A program made the translations under genes and the position numbers. Shown piece after piece: positions 47,789 to 57,702 of a stretch of DNA of 64,000 nt (positions within the stretch are counted from its first letter, which is position 1; every line of letters begins with the position of its first letter). Where the stretch lies: positions 32,001-96,000 of the IMG/VR virus record IMGVR_UViG_3300010371_000029. One strand, written 5' to 3'. This DNA is from a virus. The notes beneath the pieces were generated by a model. That model was not told the DNA's origin. It worked only from the letters and a program-made list of their open reading frames with translations, and ran no database searches.

Positions 47789-49565
47789 AAATAAACAGTC
47801 TCTCTATTCCTTCCTTTGACCCCGTATCCTTTGTTAGACTGCTCGTAACTCGCTTCTCCCAAACACACTTAAAGTCGCTAGGAGCCACATATTCGCTCAC
47901 GAATACGTTCGCTTTGCAAGCAACTTTTCTTGTCCATTCCCAAAATTCGTCGGAGTTGAATCCACCTTTATAAGGGGTTGTACCTCTGTAAGGAGGGTCA
48001 CAATTATGAACCAAAATATTGCTAACATTAAACAAATCATCTTTATCTACGTCTAAATCAAAAACTTCTCCTTCATAAGGAATTTCATTTATACCTCTAA
48101 TTCTTGTTAAGATATGGTTATTTATTATCCGACGAGAACTTCTAAATTTAATTGCTGGAACTTCATATCCTAATTTTATTATATCTTCAGATGCAAAATA
48201 AATATCAAAAATTCTTCCCGCTCTTCTTTTTATAGATGGTTTAAGACCACATCTTAGTGCAATAGTATACATTTGTTCAGCTAATTTAGGACTTACTGTG
48301 CTTCCACATAATTTAGCTCTATTCCTTTCATATATTTCTAAACCTCCATCCCCCCTTAACCATCCTTTAAGGATTTCTATTTGATAATTTATTGGAAATG
48401 TCAATATATTATCATTTAGAGCTTTAAAATGTGCTGTACCAGTTATATAATCGTATAAAAATTTGGCGGCAACGGTAGAGTGTAATCTAACTTGAGCAAC
48501 AGATTGCCAAGGCATTTCTTTAACAATAGCTTCTACGCCAAACGCAGTTTTTATACAATGACAAGCATCTGCTACCCATGTATCTAATTCATCCATACAA
48601 AAACTTAGTAATATAGAATTTGGTATTCCATTAGCAAATTGTGAATGCCCCTCCGCTAAATAATAACCAAAAAATCTAAATAATTCACTGCAAATGTTTA
48701 ATATTGGATATTTTTGTATGAAAGGTGAATAATATTCTTTATTAATTTCCAAATCTACAGGATTTTCAATTCCTCCTAACGGAATTAAAACATAATCTCC
48801 TATTTTTAAATCACTAGCTCGGGTTGCTTTTTTCATGCTCCATAAATCTTCATTTGTTCTAAAATCTTGTCTTTTTTCAATATTTCTGCCGGGTATAGAA
48901 ATAATTCTATGTTCTGGAGTAACTTCTATTTTATCTATAAGCCCTTGAATCTTTAATGATAATAAATTCCCTCTATATATTTTAGACATTTTATTTAAAA
49001 CACGTCTACCTCCGTGAAGAACATCATTTATCTGTATGTCTTTAATTTCTTTAAATTTTTCATCAATAGTTTTTATTTTAGCGTTGGGTGGTAAGCAATA
49101 ACAAAGTGACCCTGTGGGAATCGGGAGGGACTTATAATCGTAATTAGTGAAAAATACATCTGTCAAATTGGGCACTTGAGCCATAATATTTCTATAGGCT
49201 TCCGCCCCGTAATTTCGCTTTCCTTGTCCATCACGGGCATATCCGCTCCACCACTTGCCGGAATAGCTTAGATTAAAACCCGTATACCCAATTTCAGCGG
49301 CCGAATAACATTCTTGATTATAATGGATATTATTATATTCTTCTTCACTAACCTCTTCTGGGGGAACCCATCCTCCTTGGAGCGCTTTCCACATTTCAAT
49401 TAAATGAAAATGTTTATCGTTACCAATCCTAGGACCTTTAACCTTATCAATCATATTCGCGCCGCCCACGAATGGCTCGACCCACAACTGGCCTTCTTTT
49501 CTATATGGGTCTATGACCGCAAGAATTTCTTTTGCATGACGAGCTTTGGAACCTTGATACTTCAT
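47778..49565 (-). CDS. DNA adenine methyltransferase (D12 class) containing an intein
   Basis: 'MKYQGSK', 'VEPFVGGAN', and catalytic 'CY/CDPPY' split by the intein. Confidence 0.9.
   Translation of the reverse strand: MKYQGSKARHAKEILAVIDPYRKEGQLWVEPFVGGANMIDKVKGPRIGNDKHFHLIEMWKALQGGWVPPEEVSEEEYNNIHYNQECYSAAEIGYTGFNLSYSGKWWSGYARDGQGKRNYGAEAYRNIMAQVPNLTDVFFTNYDYKSLPIPTGSLCYCLPPNAKIKTIDEKFKEIKDIQINDVLHGGRRVLNKMSKIYRGNLLSLKIQGLIDKIEVTPEHRIISIPGRNIEKRQDFRTNEDLWSMKKATRASDLKIGDYVLIPLGGIENPVDLEINKEYYSPFIQKYPILNICSELFRFFGYYLAEGHSQFANGIPNSILLSFCMDELDTWVADACHCIKTAFGVEAIVKEMPWQSVAQVRLHSTVAAKFLYDYITGTAHFKALNDNILTFPINYQIEILKGWLRGDGGLEIYERNRAKLCGSTVSPKLAEQMYTIALRCGLKPSIKRRAGRIFDIYFASEDIIKLGYEVPAIKFRSSRRIINNHILTRIRGINEIPYEGEVFDLDVDKDDLFNVSNILVHNCDPPYRGTTPYKGGFNSDEFWEWTRKVACKANVFVSEYVAPSDFKCVWEKRVTSSLTKDTGSKEGIERLFIYDN
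48003..49097 (-). mobile_element. intein (365 aa) with LAGLIDADG homing endonuclease
   Basis: Starts CLPPNAKI, 'VTPEHRI', 'FFGYYLAEG', 'KGWLRGDG', ends 'FDLDV...ILVHN' followed by Cys+1. Confidence 0.93.
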
Positions 49566-49759
49566 GGAGAAACATCCATGTCCCGCGAAGAATTCCAAAT
49601 TTCACGCCCGCTTGGATTTTTAATTATCACCATAGCGGTCCAACCATGCTTTTTAAAAACATTTTTAGCGGCGGTTAATGCTTCATCTAGACCAAAATGT
49701 TGACTATCTTCATAATACGTAGCATCCTGAAAGGCAACTATTACTTTAAAACTTCCCAT
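49562..49759 (-). CDS. hypothetical protein
   Basis: Short ORF (MGSFKVIVAF...) coupled to neighbours. Confidence 0.5.
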   Translation of the reverse strand: MGSFKVIVAFQDATYYEDSQHFGLDEALTAAKNVFKKHGWTAMVIIKNPSGREIWNSSRDMDVSP

Positions 49760-50147
49760 TGAAGCCCTCATTAAATAAAATCTGCAAACTCGGCATTAAT
49801 TTTAAATCCTTTGTTATTCTGACCCATTCCCAGGGTTTATGTTTATCGGGCTCTAAATTTTCGGGCTCATCCATTGATTCGCCCAAATATAAAAATACTA
49901 TATAATGATATCTTTTACCTATAACCTCAACATGTCTCAAAAATCTAGTCCGCGTTGTATGCATTCCAGCTTCTTCAAAAAGTTCTCGTTCCGCACAATC
50001 AATAGTTAATTCTCCATCTTCTAATTTACCACCCGGCGTATCATAGGAGCCTTTGAAGGCTCCATTAAGTTTCTTTCCTAAAAGATAGCGAGTTTCTGAC
50101 CCAAATTTTCTACCTATAAGCATAGCGGAAACGATTATTGGTTTCAT
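49746..50147 (-). CDS. Nudix hydrolase
   Basis: 'PGGKLEDGE....CAERELFEEAG' Nudix box; 'NLEPDKH..WEW'. Confidence 0.92.
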   Translation of the reverse strand: MKPIIVSAMLIGRKFGSETRYLLGKKLNGAFKGSYDTPGGKLEDGELTIDCAERELFEEAGMHTTRTRFLRHVEVIGKRYHYIVFLYLGESMDEPENLEPDKHKPWEWVRITKDLKLMPSLQILFNEGFNGKF

Positions 50148-51127
50148 TATGTTCCTGGGGCTTTATATGTGCTAAACGCACCGTTAGAATATTTTTCGGT
50201 GGTTTTTTGTATTCCAATTTGATAGATTTCTTTTTTCATAAATTCACAAATAGTCAAATCTGACCCAGGTTGTTTATTCATTCCATATGCACATAACTTG
50301 TTACACCAGAACCCTTTATTTAACTGTGGGCGGATTGTATTTTTTACTTTTTCAAAGTTTTCTCTAATCATTTCCTTAGTTTTAATAATATCTTCCGGCT
50401 CAAAACAAATAGTAAAAGCCTTACCCAATCTAATATAAAATATACTTATCAAAATTCTTTTATATTCTGGTAGAATTTCGGATAGTGCTAAGTAGTAAAG
50501 TCTCAATTGAATATCTTCATTACGAAAATAATCATAATCTTTTACTTTTTTAGTAGGCCAAACCGTGAGGTATCCCCCGGTTTTATAATCAACAAGGTGG
50601 AGGACCCCCATTTGTGGGGATTCTAGGAAGTCGATTGTTCCCTTTAACCTTAAATTGCCCTTTAGAACTTCATCTTTATATTTAAACTCATAAGCCGCCC
50701 ACCTATCGGATAATTCTATGTCGAACGGCTTTTCAACAGAAACAACGTTTGAAGTTAGTGGATTGAACTCTCCGTCATTAAATTCTATAGCTTTTCTAAC
50801 TAAATCTAGACATTCTTCTTTATCTTCATCGGTCCATTTGAATCTATATCTAGGTTCATAATAATCTATAGCGGCTTTAATTGTTTTTTCGGGCGTTCCA
50901 TCTTTAATTTTCCACTTACTGCCAACCTCATCCTCAAAAAATTTTTCCTTATTTTGTTCTGCTAGTTTACGTAACCCTAGTAGCTGTAAGGACTTATGTA
51001 CCGCCGTGCCCTTTAGGGCCTTAAAATTGTCCCCACTTGACATTCCCAAATTATAGGTAATATAATATTGCTGCTCACAATAGGAAAGGTTATTTAAGCT
51101 ACTAGAGCGAAAATATGTAATAATCAA
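50147..51127 (-). CDS. PD-(D/E)XK (Cas4/RecB-like) exonuclease
   Basis: 'SSS....C', 'GTAVH', 'VEKPF', 'KGTID', 'DYKTG', 'QLRLY', C-terminal Cys cluster. Confidence 0.88.
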   Translation of the reverse strand: MIITYFRSSSLNNLSYCEQQYYITYNLGMSSGDNFKALKGTAVHKSLQLLGLRKLAEQNKEKFFEDEVGSKWKIKDGTPEKTIKAAIDYYEPRYRFKWTDEDKEECLDLVRKAIEFNDGEFNPLTSNVVSVEKPFDIELSDRWAAYEFKYKDEVLKGNLRLKGTIDFLESPQMGVLHLVDYKTGGYLTVWPTKKVKDYDYFRNEDIQLRLYYLALSEILPEYKRILISIFYIRLGKAFTICFEPEDIIKTKEMIRENFEKVKNTIRPQLNKGFWCNKLCAYGMNKQPGSDLTICEFMKKEIYQIGIQKTTEKYSNGAFSTYKAPGT

Positions 51128-51711
51128 CTCGACCACCACGATGAAAATATAGATTGATTACCTCTTATATACCTCGCTCGCGTTTGACACCAAAAATCAA
51201 AAACTTTATCGGAATGTTTTAATTTCATTAAATTTATAGTTTTATGGGTCCATCTAACATTTTCTGGAAAATATCCTTTTGAACTATCAATTCTATCTAA
51301 TGAAGCAGTTCCTTTACTACGTTCTCCTTGTTTTGGGAATTTAATTGGAACTCCAGTTAAAGCACATTTCCTATCTTGTTTTAAAAATAATTCCCATAAA
51401 AACTCTATAGTTAAATTAAATTCTAGATTACTATGTCTAGCTCTAGCTATTATTTTTCCAAATTGGATACCACTTATTTCACCATAGCCTTTTCTTCTTT
51501 TTTTAGCCGCTTTTATTAAATGTTCTGGATTAGAAGTTAATAAACTTGTACCTATACCATATATTTTTAAATCTTTACCAAATTTCTTAAGATAATAACT
51601 AATAACTGTATGACTATTTAAGCTATTTTCCCTGGCAATTTGAGCCATACTTTTACCAAGCTCTACATACTCTTTATACAAAAATTCTTTAGTTAGTTCT
51701 TTTGCGTTCAT
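51124..51711 (-). CDS. free-standing HNH-like homing endonuclease
   Basis: 'KQDRKCALTG...ASLDRIDSSKGY..ENVRW.HK..N.MK'; paralog of 38607-39602. Confidence 0.8.
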   Translation of the reverse strand: MNAKELTKEFLYKEYVELGKSMAQIARENSLNSHTVISYYLKKFGKDLKIYGIGTSLLTSNPEHLIKAAKKRRKGYGEISGIQFGKIIARARHSNLEFNLTIEFLWELFLKQDRKCALTGVPIKFPKQGERSKGTASLDRIDSSKGYFPENVRWTHKTINLMKLKHSDKVFDFWCQTRARYIRGNQSIFSSWWSS

Positions 51712-52496
51712 GTTATATTTACAGGACCAGTAATCCATCCCCACTGTCTTAAAATATCGAACATTACTAACTGCTGAGTTTTTTCGTCCATATTAGAATT
51801 GTCAATTATTGCGTCAAAATTAGACTGGTTAAAATTTTCTTCCAATAAAGCTGTTTCAGATTTATGCTTTGGTTGGCCAATGGAACGAGTTAATTTTATT
51901 ACTTTTCCGCCGATTTTTTTAATACCAAGAACTTCATTATCAAATCTGCAATCTGTTATAACCGCAAATTTATTAGGATAGGTATATATTTCATTCACAA
52001 GGGCATCTACCCAACAATTAGTAGAAATTTTTCTACAAATATCAGTACCAAACGATTGGAGTAATTGTCTTATTGTAATATTATCAGTATTTTTAGATTC
52101 AGGATTTTCTTTTTTATGAATAGTAAAACATTCTTTTGGCAAATTAGACCATGTTATATCAAGAATTGTATTTTTATCTTCATCTGTCCCATTTAATAGC
52201 TTAATTGAAACATTAAAAACTTTAGATATAAATTCTTTTAATGGTTGAGCAAAATTATATATTCTACAAAGCGGCCATATTTTTTCTATATTTAAATCGT
52301 TATATTCCATTGGGTCATATATTTGTTCTTTGTAAGAATCTTCATCTTCTACTGGAACAATAAGTTCTGAGTTTACAACTTTCCAACATGGAATCAAATT
52401 ATTAGCCGACATTGTATATCCAAAAATATGCTTTCCTAAGGTAGTTTTGCCAGATTGGCGTTGACCAGCAATTGCTAAAATTCTAGTTTCAGTCAT
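51708..52496 (-). CDS. deoxynucleoside monophosphate kinase
   Basis: 'AGQRQSGKTT', 'FAQPLK', 'RQLLQSFGTD', 'ITDCRFDNE', 'HKSE'. Confidence 0.88.
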   Translation of the reverse strand: MTETRILAIAGQRQSGKTTLGKHIFGYTMSANNLIPCWKVVNSELIVPVEDEDSYKEQIYDPMEYNDLNIEKIWPLCRIYNFAQPLKEFISKVFNVSIKLLNGTDEDKNTILDITWSNLPKECFTIHKKENPESKNTDNITIRQLLQSFGTDICRKISTNCWVDALVNEIYTYPNKFAVITDCRFDNEVLGIKKIGGKVIKLTRSIGQPKHKSETALLEENFNQSNFDAIIDNSNMDEKTQQLVMFDILRQWGWITGPVNIT

Positions 52497-52511
52497 TTAA
52501 TTCTTTCTTTA

Positions 52512-52730
52512 TTAGAATGTCCATTCATCTACGTCTAATTTAATAGCCAACCAACCGGTAGGGACAATAGCTTTGGTCCCATCTTTAAGGTTCAATCTAT
52601 GGGTGCCACTAGCTGAAACCGCAATTTCCACCACATCGTTAAATATTAATACGCAATCTTTATAAATATACTTCCTTTCACGTTCTGGCGGATTTAACTT
52701 TAAAAATTCGGGAAGTTTCTTTTCTGACAT
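52512..52730 (-). CDS. hypothetical protein
   Basis: AAGGAG RBS before MSEKK; conserved-looking 'VSASGTHRL...GW' motif. Confidence 0.6.
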   Translation of the reverse strand: MSEKKLPEFLKLNPPERERKYIYKDCVLIFNDVVEIAVSASGTHRLNLKDGTKAIVPTGWLAIKLDVDEWTF

Positions 52731-52740
52731 AAATTTCTCC

Positions 52741-53748
52741 TTAATAAACATAATTCGATAATTCTTCTTTAATAACGCTTACTGGCATCGCCCCAATATC
52801 CGGCCCGGTAAAATCTGGTGTCAAAACTCTAAAGGACCTGGACAATTCTTCTTTAATCTTATTAGTAGCATTGAGCCCAGCTTCATCTCTATCCATTAAC
52901 AGGATTACTTCCGTTACCCCTAAGCCCGCTATAAGGGCTCTCTGAGCATCTGAGAGGTCACAGCCCATAATTCCCACTGTAGTATTCAATCCGGCTTCAC
53001 AAGCCCTCAGAACGTTTCCTGAGCCCTCTACGAGGGTAATAGAGCTAGTTCTTTCAATATAGGGCCGCGCCCTCCATAATCCAAATAGATAATTACTCTT
53101 ATTAAACCCAAAAGAATTCTTCCACTTTGAACAGTTAACCTTTTCTTCCGGGGTTTGGGGACATTTCCTACTAGGATGATGGTAAAATGAACAACCTTTA
53201 CACCTTTCCCATAAGGACCGCCCCATATAACCTATAACACCCCTTTCATTAAAGTAAGGCACTATAGCGCGGTGGGTGGTATCCCCGATTCTAAAGTCTT
53301 GAAGTATCTGTGGGGAAAATCCACGATTTATAAAATAACGAGACGGAACGTTATAGTTAAGGGTGAATAATCTCTCAGTAGAGGCCGGCTCCTTGAATAT
53401 ACTTAACCTTTTCTCTAATTTATTCCTTTCTACATTAACCTCCGGTTCTTCAATCAGTTTGCCGCCCAAGAAGTCCAGGGCGAAACGTTCCGCCTCCTTC
53501 TGATTTATCCTCTTAACACCTTGAATTAAACCTAATCCCATTAATGGGAATGACTTATGACAATTCCGAGTAAAACATTTCCAACTAGAATTTTCAAGAA
53601 TACTCCACCCATTAGGGTTATTACCATCATGTATTGGACAACAACCGGCCCATCCCTTTCTAGTGCGATAATATTCAATCCCTAAATGGTCTAATAATTC
53701 TTCAAGTCTGGGAATCAAACTTTTATTTATCTTAAACTGTAAGGTCAT
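52741..53748 (-). CDS. dnaG: DNA primase (CHC2 zinc finger plus TOPRIM)
   Basis: 'CPIH.G.N...WKCFT..C', 'LVEG', 'MDRDEAG'. Confidence 0.85.
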   Translation of the reverse strand: MTLQFKINKSLIPRLEELLDHLGIEYYRTRKGWAGCCPIHDGNNPNGWSILENSSWKCFTRNCHKSFPLMGLGLIQGVKRINQKEAERFALDFLGGKLIEEPEVNVERNKLEKRLSIFKEPASTERLFTLNYNVPSRYFINRGFSPQILQDFRIGDTTHRAIVPYFNERGVIGYMGRSLWERCKGCSFYHHPSRKCPQTPEEKVNCSKWKNSFGFNKSNYLFGLWRARPYIERTSSITLVEGSGNVLRACEAGLNTTVGIMGCDLSDAQRALIAGLGVTEVILLMDRDEAGLNATNKIKEELSRSFRVLTPDFTGPDIGAMPVSVIKEELSNYVY

Positions 53749-55156
53749 TCTCGGTTAAATTTTCAATTAAAATTGGAGGATTTTTCTTAACAGTCTCTCG
53801 ATTTGTACGAATTTCTGTTAATTTAGCTATTTCTCCTTGAAGGTTACAATGTATAAAGTCGGTATCATCAACATCAGGGGCGAACCGACTAAACAGGGGT
53901 TTAATCTTCCTATTACCATTTTGGGGGCCTTCCTCGGCAATCTCCTCAGGGGTTTTCTTTTGCAGGTAAGAAACAGATGAGGCTAACCAAGACAGTCTAT
54001 CAGATGCGGCTATTAACTCTTCCCTATTAAGTTGTGACATACAAAGACATGCTAAATCCAACTCAATCATAGTATCCACAAGGGCGGTAACCATGAAACC
54101 AAGTTTTTGATATTCGGACACATTAGAATTAAGTTTGGAGTCATTCAAAACTTTAATGTAATCAAGAATAACTACTGCTGGTTTGTCTCTAGCGTTCTTA
54201 GCGGCCCACCTACGAATAATTGCTATTACTTCATCCCATTCTCGCCCAGCAATATTAATATAGTCGAGTGGATATGCTTTTATCCTTTTAGCAGACTCGA
54301 CTACCTCACGAGATTTTACTGGGTCTGCTGCAAATTTACCCGTTTCTATGTCATAAATCGTTACCCCACTTTGATTTGCGTAAATTCTATCAAGTTGAAG
54401 CTCATTATTTAACTCGGTATCAAGTAACAAAACGTTTATACCCTGTTCGGCAATACTTAGGGCGGCTTGAGTGGCGAATATGCTTTTCCCCACCTTTGGG
54501 CGGGCACCAACTAGATTGACTGTCTTTTTCCTTAACCCTCCCCCGATATATTTGTCATATCGTTTGAAACCTGTAGATATACCCACATACTCGCGTGGGT
54601 TCTCAGCAAGAAACTTTAGATAGGCTTCGCCATCAAATGTAAGTGAAACTGGAGTATCCTTGGAATCATCCACAATTTTATTAGCTAAACCAAACACCGG
54701 TGTCTCGATTAGAGACATTATTTGGGAGATTGACTCATCCCCTTTAATAGCAAGAATGTCCTTTCTAGCTTCGTCAAGTTCGCCCACTATAAGCCGAGCT
54801 ACTTCAAACCGTTTTACTGTTTTAGCAAACTTTAAAACATTGGCTAAGGAAACTCTAGTATCCAAAACGTTTTTCAAATGTTCAAGGTCTGCCTTCTTCT
54901 CGAAAGCCTTTTCTAGACTCAAACGGGAAATAGTTTGAATTACAAGAGGAGCTTCAATTTGGGCACTTTTGTTCTCCTGAAAGATATGGCCGAATATACG
55001 ATAAATAGCTTGGTTAGTAGGGTCCGAAAAAGAGCGGACCCTTAAAAGCCCGTCGATAAGGCAAAAACTTTCATATCCATGTGTTGCTATACTTCCTAAA
55101 ACTGAGCGTTCTGCTGGGGTATCGCACAGACTCTTAGTCATGTTGAACTTGTTCAA
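53732..55156 (-). CDS. dnaB: replicative DNA helicase
   Basis: 'AERSVLG', 'GISTGF', 'GARPKVGKS', 'ILDYIK', 'SQLNR'. Confidence 0.93.
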   Translation of the reverse strand: MNKFNMTKSLCDTPAERSVLGSIATHGYESFCLIDGLLRVRSFSDPTNQAIYRIFGHIFQENKSAQIEAPLVIQTISRLSLEKAFEKKADLEHLKNVLDTRVSLANVLKFAKTVKRFEVARLIVGELDEARKDILAIKGDESISQIMSLIETPVFGLANKIVDDSKDTPVSLTFDGEAYLKFLAENPREYVGISTGFKRYDKYIGGGLRKKTVNLVGARPKVGKSIFATQAALSIAEQGINVLLLDTELNNELQLDRIYANQSGVTIYDIETGKFAADPVKSREVVESAKRIKAYPLDYINIAGREWDEVIAIIRRWAAKNARDKPAVVILDYIKVLNDSKLNSNVSEYQKLGFMVTALVDTMIELDLACLCMSQLNREELIAASDRLSWLASSVSYLQKKTPEEIAEEGPQNGNRKIKPLFSRFAPDVDDTDFIHCNLQGEIAKLTEIRTNRETVKKNPPILIENLTENDLTV

Positions 55157-55272
55157 CCTACATTTTCGTTAGTTAACCCACTTTGCCCATTATCAACCTT
55201 CATATTATTTTCTTCTAAGACTTCTGCTTCATCTTCTTCTTCATTTTCATCTTTTTCTTTATCGTCTATCAT
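55153..55272 (-). CDS. 39-aa acidic micro-protein
   Basis: MIDDKEKDENEEEDEAEVLEE...; TTGA overlap with the dnaB start. Confidence 0.4.
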   Translation of the reverse strand: MIDDKEKDENEEEDEAEVLEENNMKVDNGQSGLTNENVG

Positions 55273-55594
55273 AATCTAATTTCTTTCTTTGGTAGGTGAA
55301 TTTTATATTTTTCCATAATTTTAATATTGGTTCCAGGGCCAGTTATGAATAATTAGGCCAACGATAGCCGAAACTATAATAATTAAAACTACAAGTTTAA
55401 TATTAATGAGAATACCCCTTTAATTATCCTTTCTAGCATTTTGTAGCAACAAAATTTGGTTCTTCAAAATCTGTTTCAAATAAACACTAAACCTAACATG
55501 TTCCGTTCTGGGGTGTGCGAGTACCGCCGAGTTCTTGATTGCTTTGGTAATTCGTTCTTTGCGGGAAAGTCTAATGTGCATAAATGCACTCCTT

Positions 55595-55822
55595 TTAATG
55601 AATTGTTATACTTATTCCTAACTCTTTTGCGATTGCTAGCAATCGCTGACGCTTCTCTTCTAACTCACAATCCGGCTGACCCGTTTTCTTATCATATTCT
55701 TTAGCTTTTTCATAAATTCTATAGAAATCTTCAATATCAGTACCGGTAACAGTTTTACCCTCTTCTAGTCGTTTCATCCATCCTTCTGAATAGGAATCCA
55801 TTATGAAAGAAACTGCGCACAT
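55595..55822 (-). CDS. hypothetical protein
   Basis: MCAVSFIMD...'AKEYD..TGQPDCE..EK' motif; TAATG coupling. Confidence 0.6.
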   Translation of the reverse strand: MCAVSFIMDSYSEGWMKRLEEGKTVTGTDIEDFYRIYEKAKEYDKKTGQPDCELEEKRQRLLAIAKELGISITIH

Positions 55823-56421
55823 TAGGCTAAACCTCTCCGCGCGCTGGCGCAGCCATTGCAAACATATGTTCCGTCACTTTTAGTAATATGGGCCGGATTA
55901 GTCATAAAATCTCGCCCACAACCTGTACAATTTACCTTAACTTCCTTAAACTCCGGTCTATCCCGCGCTACTGGCTTTTCTTTATAGAGTTTCTTATCCC
56001 GTTCCTTACTGTACCCCCCGCTCTCTTCGCCTTCCTTGGGTCCTAAGGTAACAAACCCAAAATCGCGGGTATACTTCTTGGGGGGATTTCTATTAGGACC
56101 AACAGAAACCTTTATAGAGTCTTCAGGAACAACTTCTTCAATCCCATCTTCTTGGTCATCTTCGGACTCTTGGTCCGAATTTTCTTGTTCTTCGTCATCC
56201 TCTGTAAAGTCTCCAAAACTCCCAGTTTCGTCCTTTCGGGCTAGACTTAGTAAATAAGAACCAGCGCGTTCAAAGATAATTTCATCGGGTACTTCTGCTA
56301 CGACAGCGGACATTTTTACCTTCTTTCCTGTTAAACCTTGATAAGCTTCACAAACCAACTCCCAGTTACATTTCTGAATACCCTCCTTAAGAAGGGTTAT
56401 AGGACTCTTTATTTTTGCCAT
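55822..56421 (-). CDS. acidic protein with C-terminal zinc ribbon
   Basis: D/E-rich linker; 'CTGCG...CNGC'. Confidence 0.6.
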   Translation of the reverse strand: MAKIKSPITLLKEGIQKCNWELVCEAYQGLTGKKVKMSAVVAEVPDEIIFERAGSYLLSLARKDETGSFGDFTEDDEEQENSDQESEDDQEDGIEEVVPEDSIKVSVGPNRNPPKKYTRDFGFVTLGPKEGEESGGYSKERDKKLYKEKPVARDRPEFKEVKVNCTGCGRDFMTNPAHITKSDGTYVCNGCASARRGLA

Positions 56422-56873
56422 CGTTTTGTTTCCTGAAGGGCTAATAGACTTTTAGTCATTGATTCCACCCTAGCCGGCAGATAGGATAGGGCCGCTATAT
56501 GGGCCTGCGCGTCACGTATAGCGTTAAATAACATAACGGCCACAGAATTATCTCTAATTGCTATCATTTTCCGCTCATCAAAGGAATAGGCCGTAATTTC
56601 AACCATCCGGGGGGCTATGATATATTTAAGATACTCGTCGCACTTTTTTATAAGAGCTTCGTGTTTATTTAACTCTTGCTGTAAATAAAGAGAGTATTTA
56701 GATAGTTCAAAAGCATATTCCCCACAACTTTCTGGAGAAAGCCGCCTTAAATCATTAGATTCTAAACCTAGAATCTCATCAATTGATTTACCTATACTTA
56801 CCCTATCTAGACTTAAACCTTTATAATAAGAAAGCAAGGTTTCTCGAAACTTTTGAATTTCCTCAGTTGTCAT
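56409..56873 (-). CDS. putative UvsY-like recombination mediator (coiled coil)
   Basis: Helical ORF near recA. Confidence 0.35.
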   Translation of the reverse strand: MTTEEIQKFRETLLSYYKGLSLDRVSIGKSIDEILGLESNDLRRLSPESCGEYAFELSKYSLYLQQELNKHEALIKKCDEYLKYIIAPRMVEITAYSFDERKMIAIRDNSVAVMLFNAIRDAQAHIAALSYLPARVESMTKSLLALQETKRWQK

Positions 56874-57264
56874 ATGCGGCTCTAATGATTTGTTGCCAGT
56901 TTTCTTCCTGGTCCCAGGGCAAAATTGCTAATTTAATCCCATTAAGTTCGCAAAGTCTTTTCTTTTCAGAATCTCGTTTAAGGGAAGCCCGGAAGCCCCC
57001 CATATTTCCATGAAAACGTTCACAGTACACGAAATGTTGCTGTCCGTGAACTTCAACGCCAAGCCGTTCGGACGGCAAGAAAAAGTCAAGGTAAAGAGAA
57101 GTAGAAGCACCCGGCAAGTGTACTTCTTCAGCCGCTATGCAGAAAGGAAAGAGACGTTTTAGTAACGTCCTGCAAATGATATGTGGGCGGCTTTTTAATC
57201 GTTCAAGGTTTGTTTTAGGAAGGGACAACCGATATTCGCGGCCATCTAAACCTTTAAATTTTAT
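56863..57264 (-). CDS. DUF559/Vsr-like endonuclease, probable ATA start
   Basis: 'LYLDFFLP...EVHGQQH...RD..K...C..NGI.L'; frame extends to ATA at 57264 behind a GAGG RBS. Confidence 0.75.
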   Translation of the reverse strand: MKFKGLDGREYRLSLPKTNLERLKSRPHIICRTLLKRLFPFCIAAEEVHLPGASTSLYLDFFLPSERLGVEVHGQQHFVYCERFHGNMGGFRASLKRDSEKKRLCELNGIKLAILPWDQEENWQQIIRAAYDN

Positions 57265-57481
57265 GAGGGGCCTCTCTATTTAACCATTCTATAAATTTAT
57301 CTAAATACTCCCAACTTTCTGGTTGCCCCTCTGGTACAGAAAAAGATTTATGATGATTATATCCATATACAACATTATCTTTTATTCTAGTTATAGTTAC
57401 AAAATCTACACCTGTTTTAAAAACATATGTACCAATTAAATCAGAATAATTTGGTCTAGTTATTTTGAGTAAATTATACAT
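57254..57481 (-). CDS. small protein, LL[KR][IL]TR-tag family
   Basis: Starts MYNLLKITRP. Confidence 0.75.
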   Translation of the reverse strand: MYNLLKITRPNYSDLIGTYVFKTGVDFVTITRIKDNVVYGYNHHKSFSVPEGQPESWEYLDKFIEWLNREAPHKI

Positions 57482-57702
57482 TAACTAATTTTCCAAATTC
57501 TACCACTTTTTAAAAGTCTGTGAAATTCTTCTAAAGTGGCCGACCTTTTTAAATCTGGACTGTTACTATGAAATCCATAAATTCTTTCATTATCTACGTT
57601 TTGAATAATTAGGTCCACGCCATATAATGCAAGTAGATTTGACCGATAAGTCCCAATAATTGAATCCCTAGGATTCCTAGTTAATTTTAATAAGGCGTTC
57701 AT
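57481..57702 (-). CDS. small protein, LL[KR][IL]TR-tag family
   Basis: Starts MNALLKLTR. Confidence 0.75.
   Translation of the reverse strand: MNALLKLTRNPRDSIIGTYRSNLLALYGVDLIIQNVDNERIYGFHSNSPDLKRSATLEEFHRLLKSGRIWKIS

Noticed and set aside
50147-51127. Cas4 as part of a CRISPR system
   Set aside because: No repeat-spacer array or other cas genes seen; solo Cas4-like nucleases are common in phages.
55273-55594. Fragmentary short ORFs upstream of dnaB
   Set aside because: Only peptides under about 40 aa without motifs; cannot support a call, and none carries the tag.
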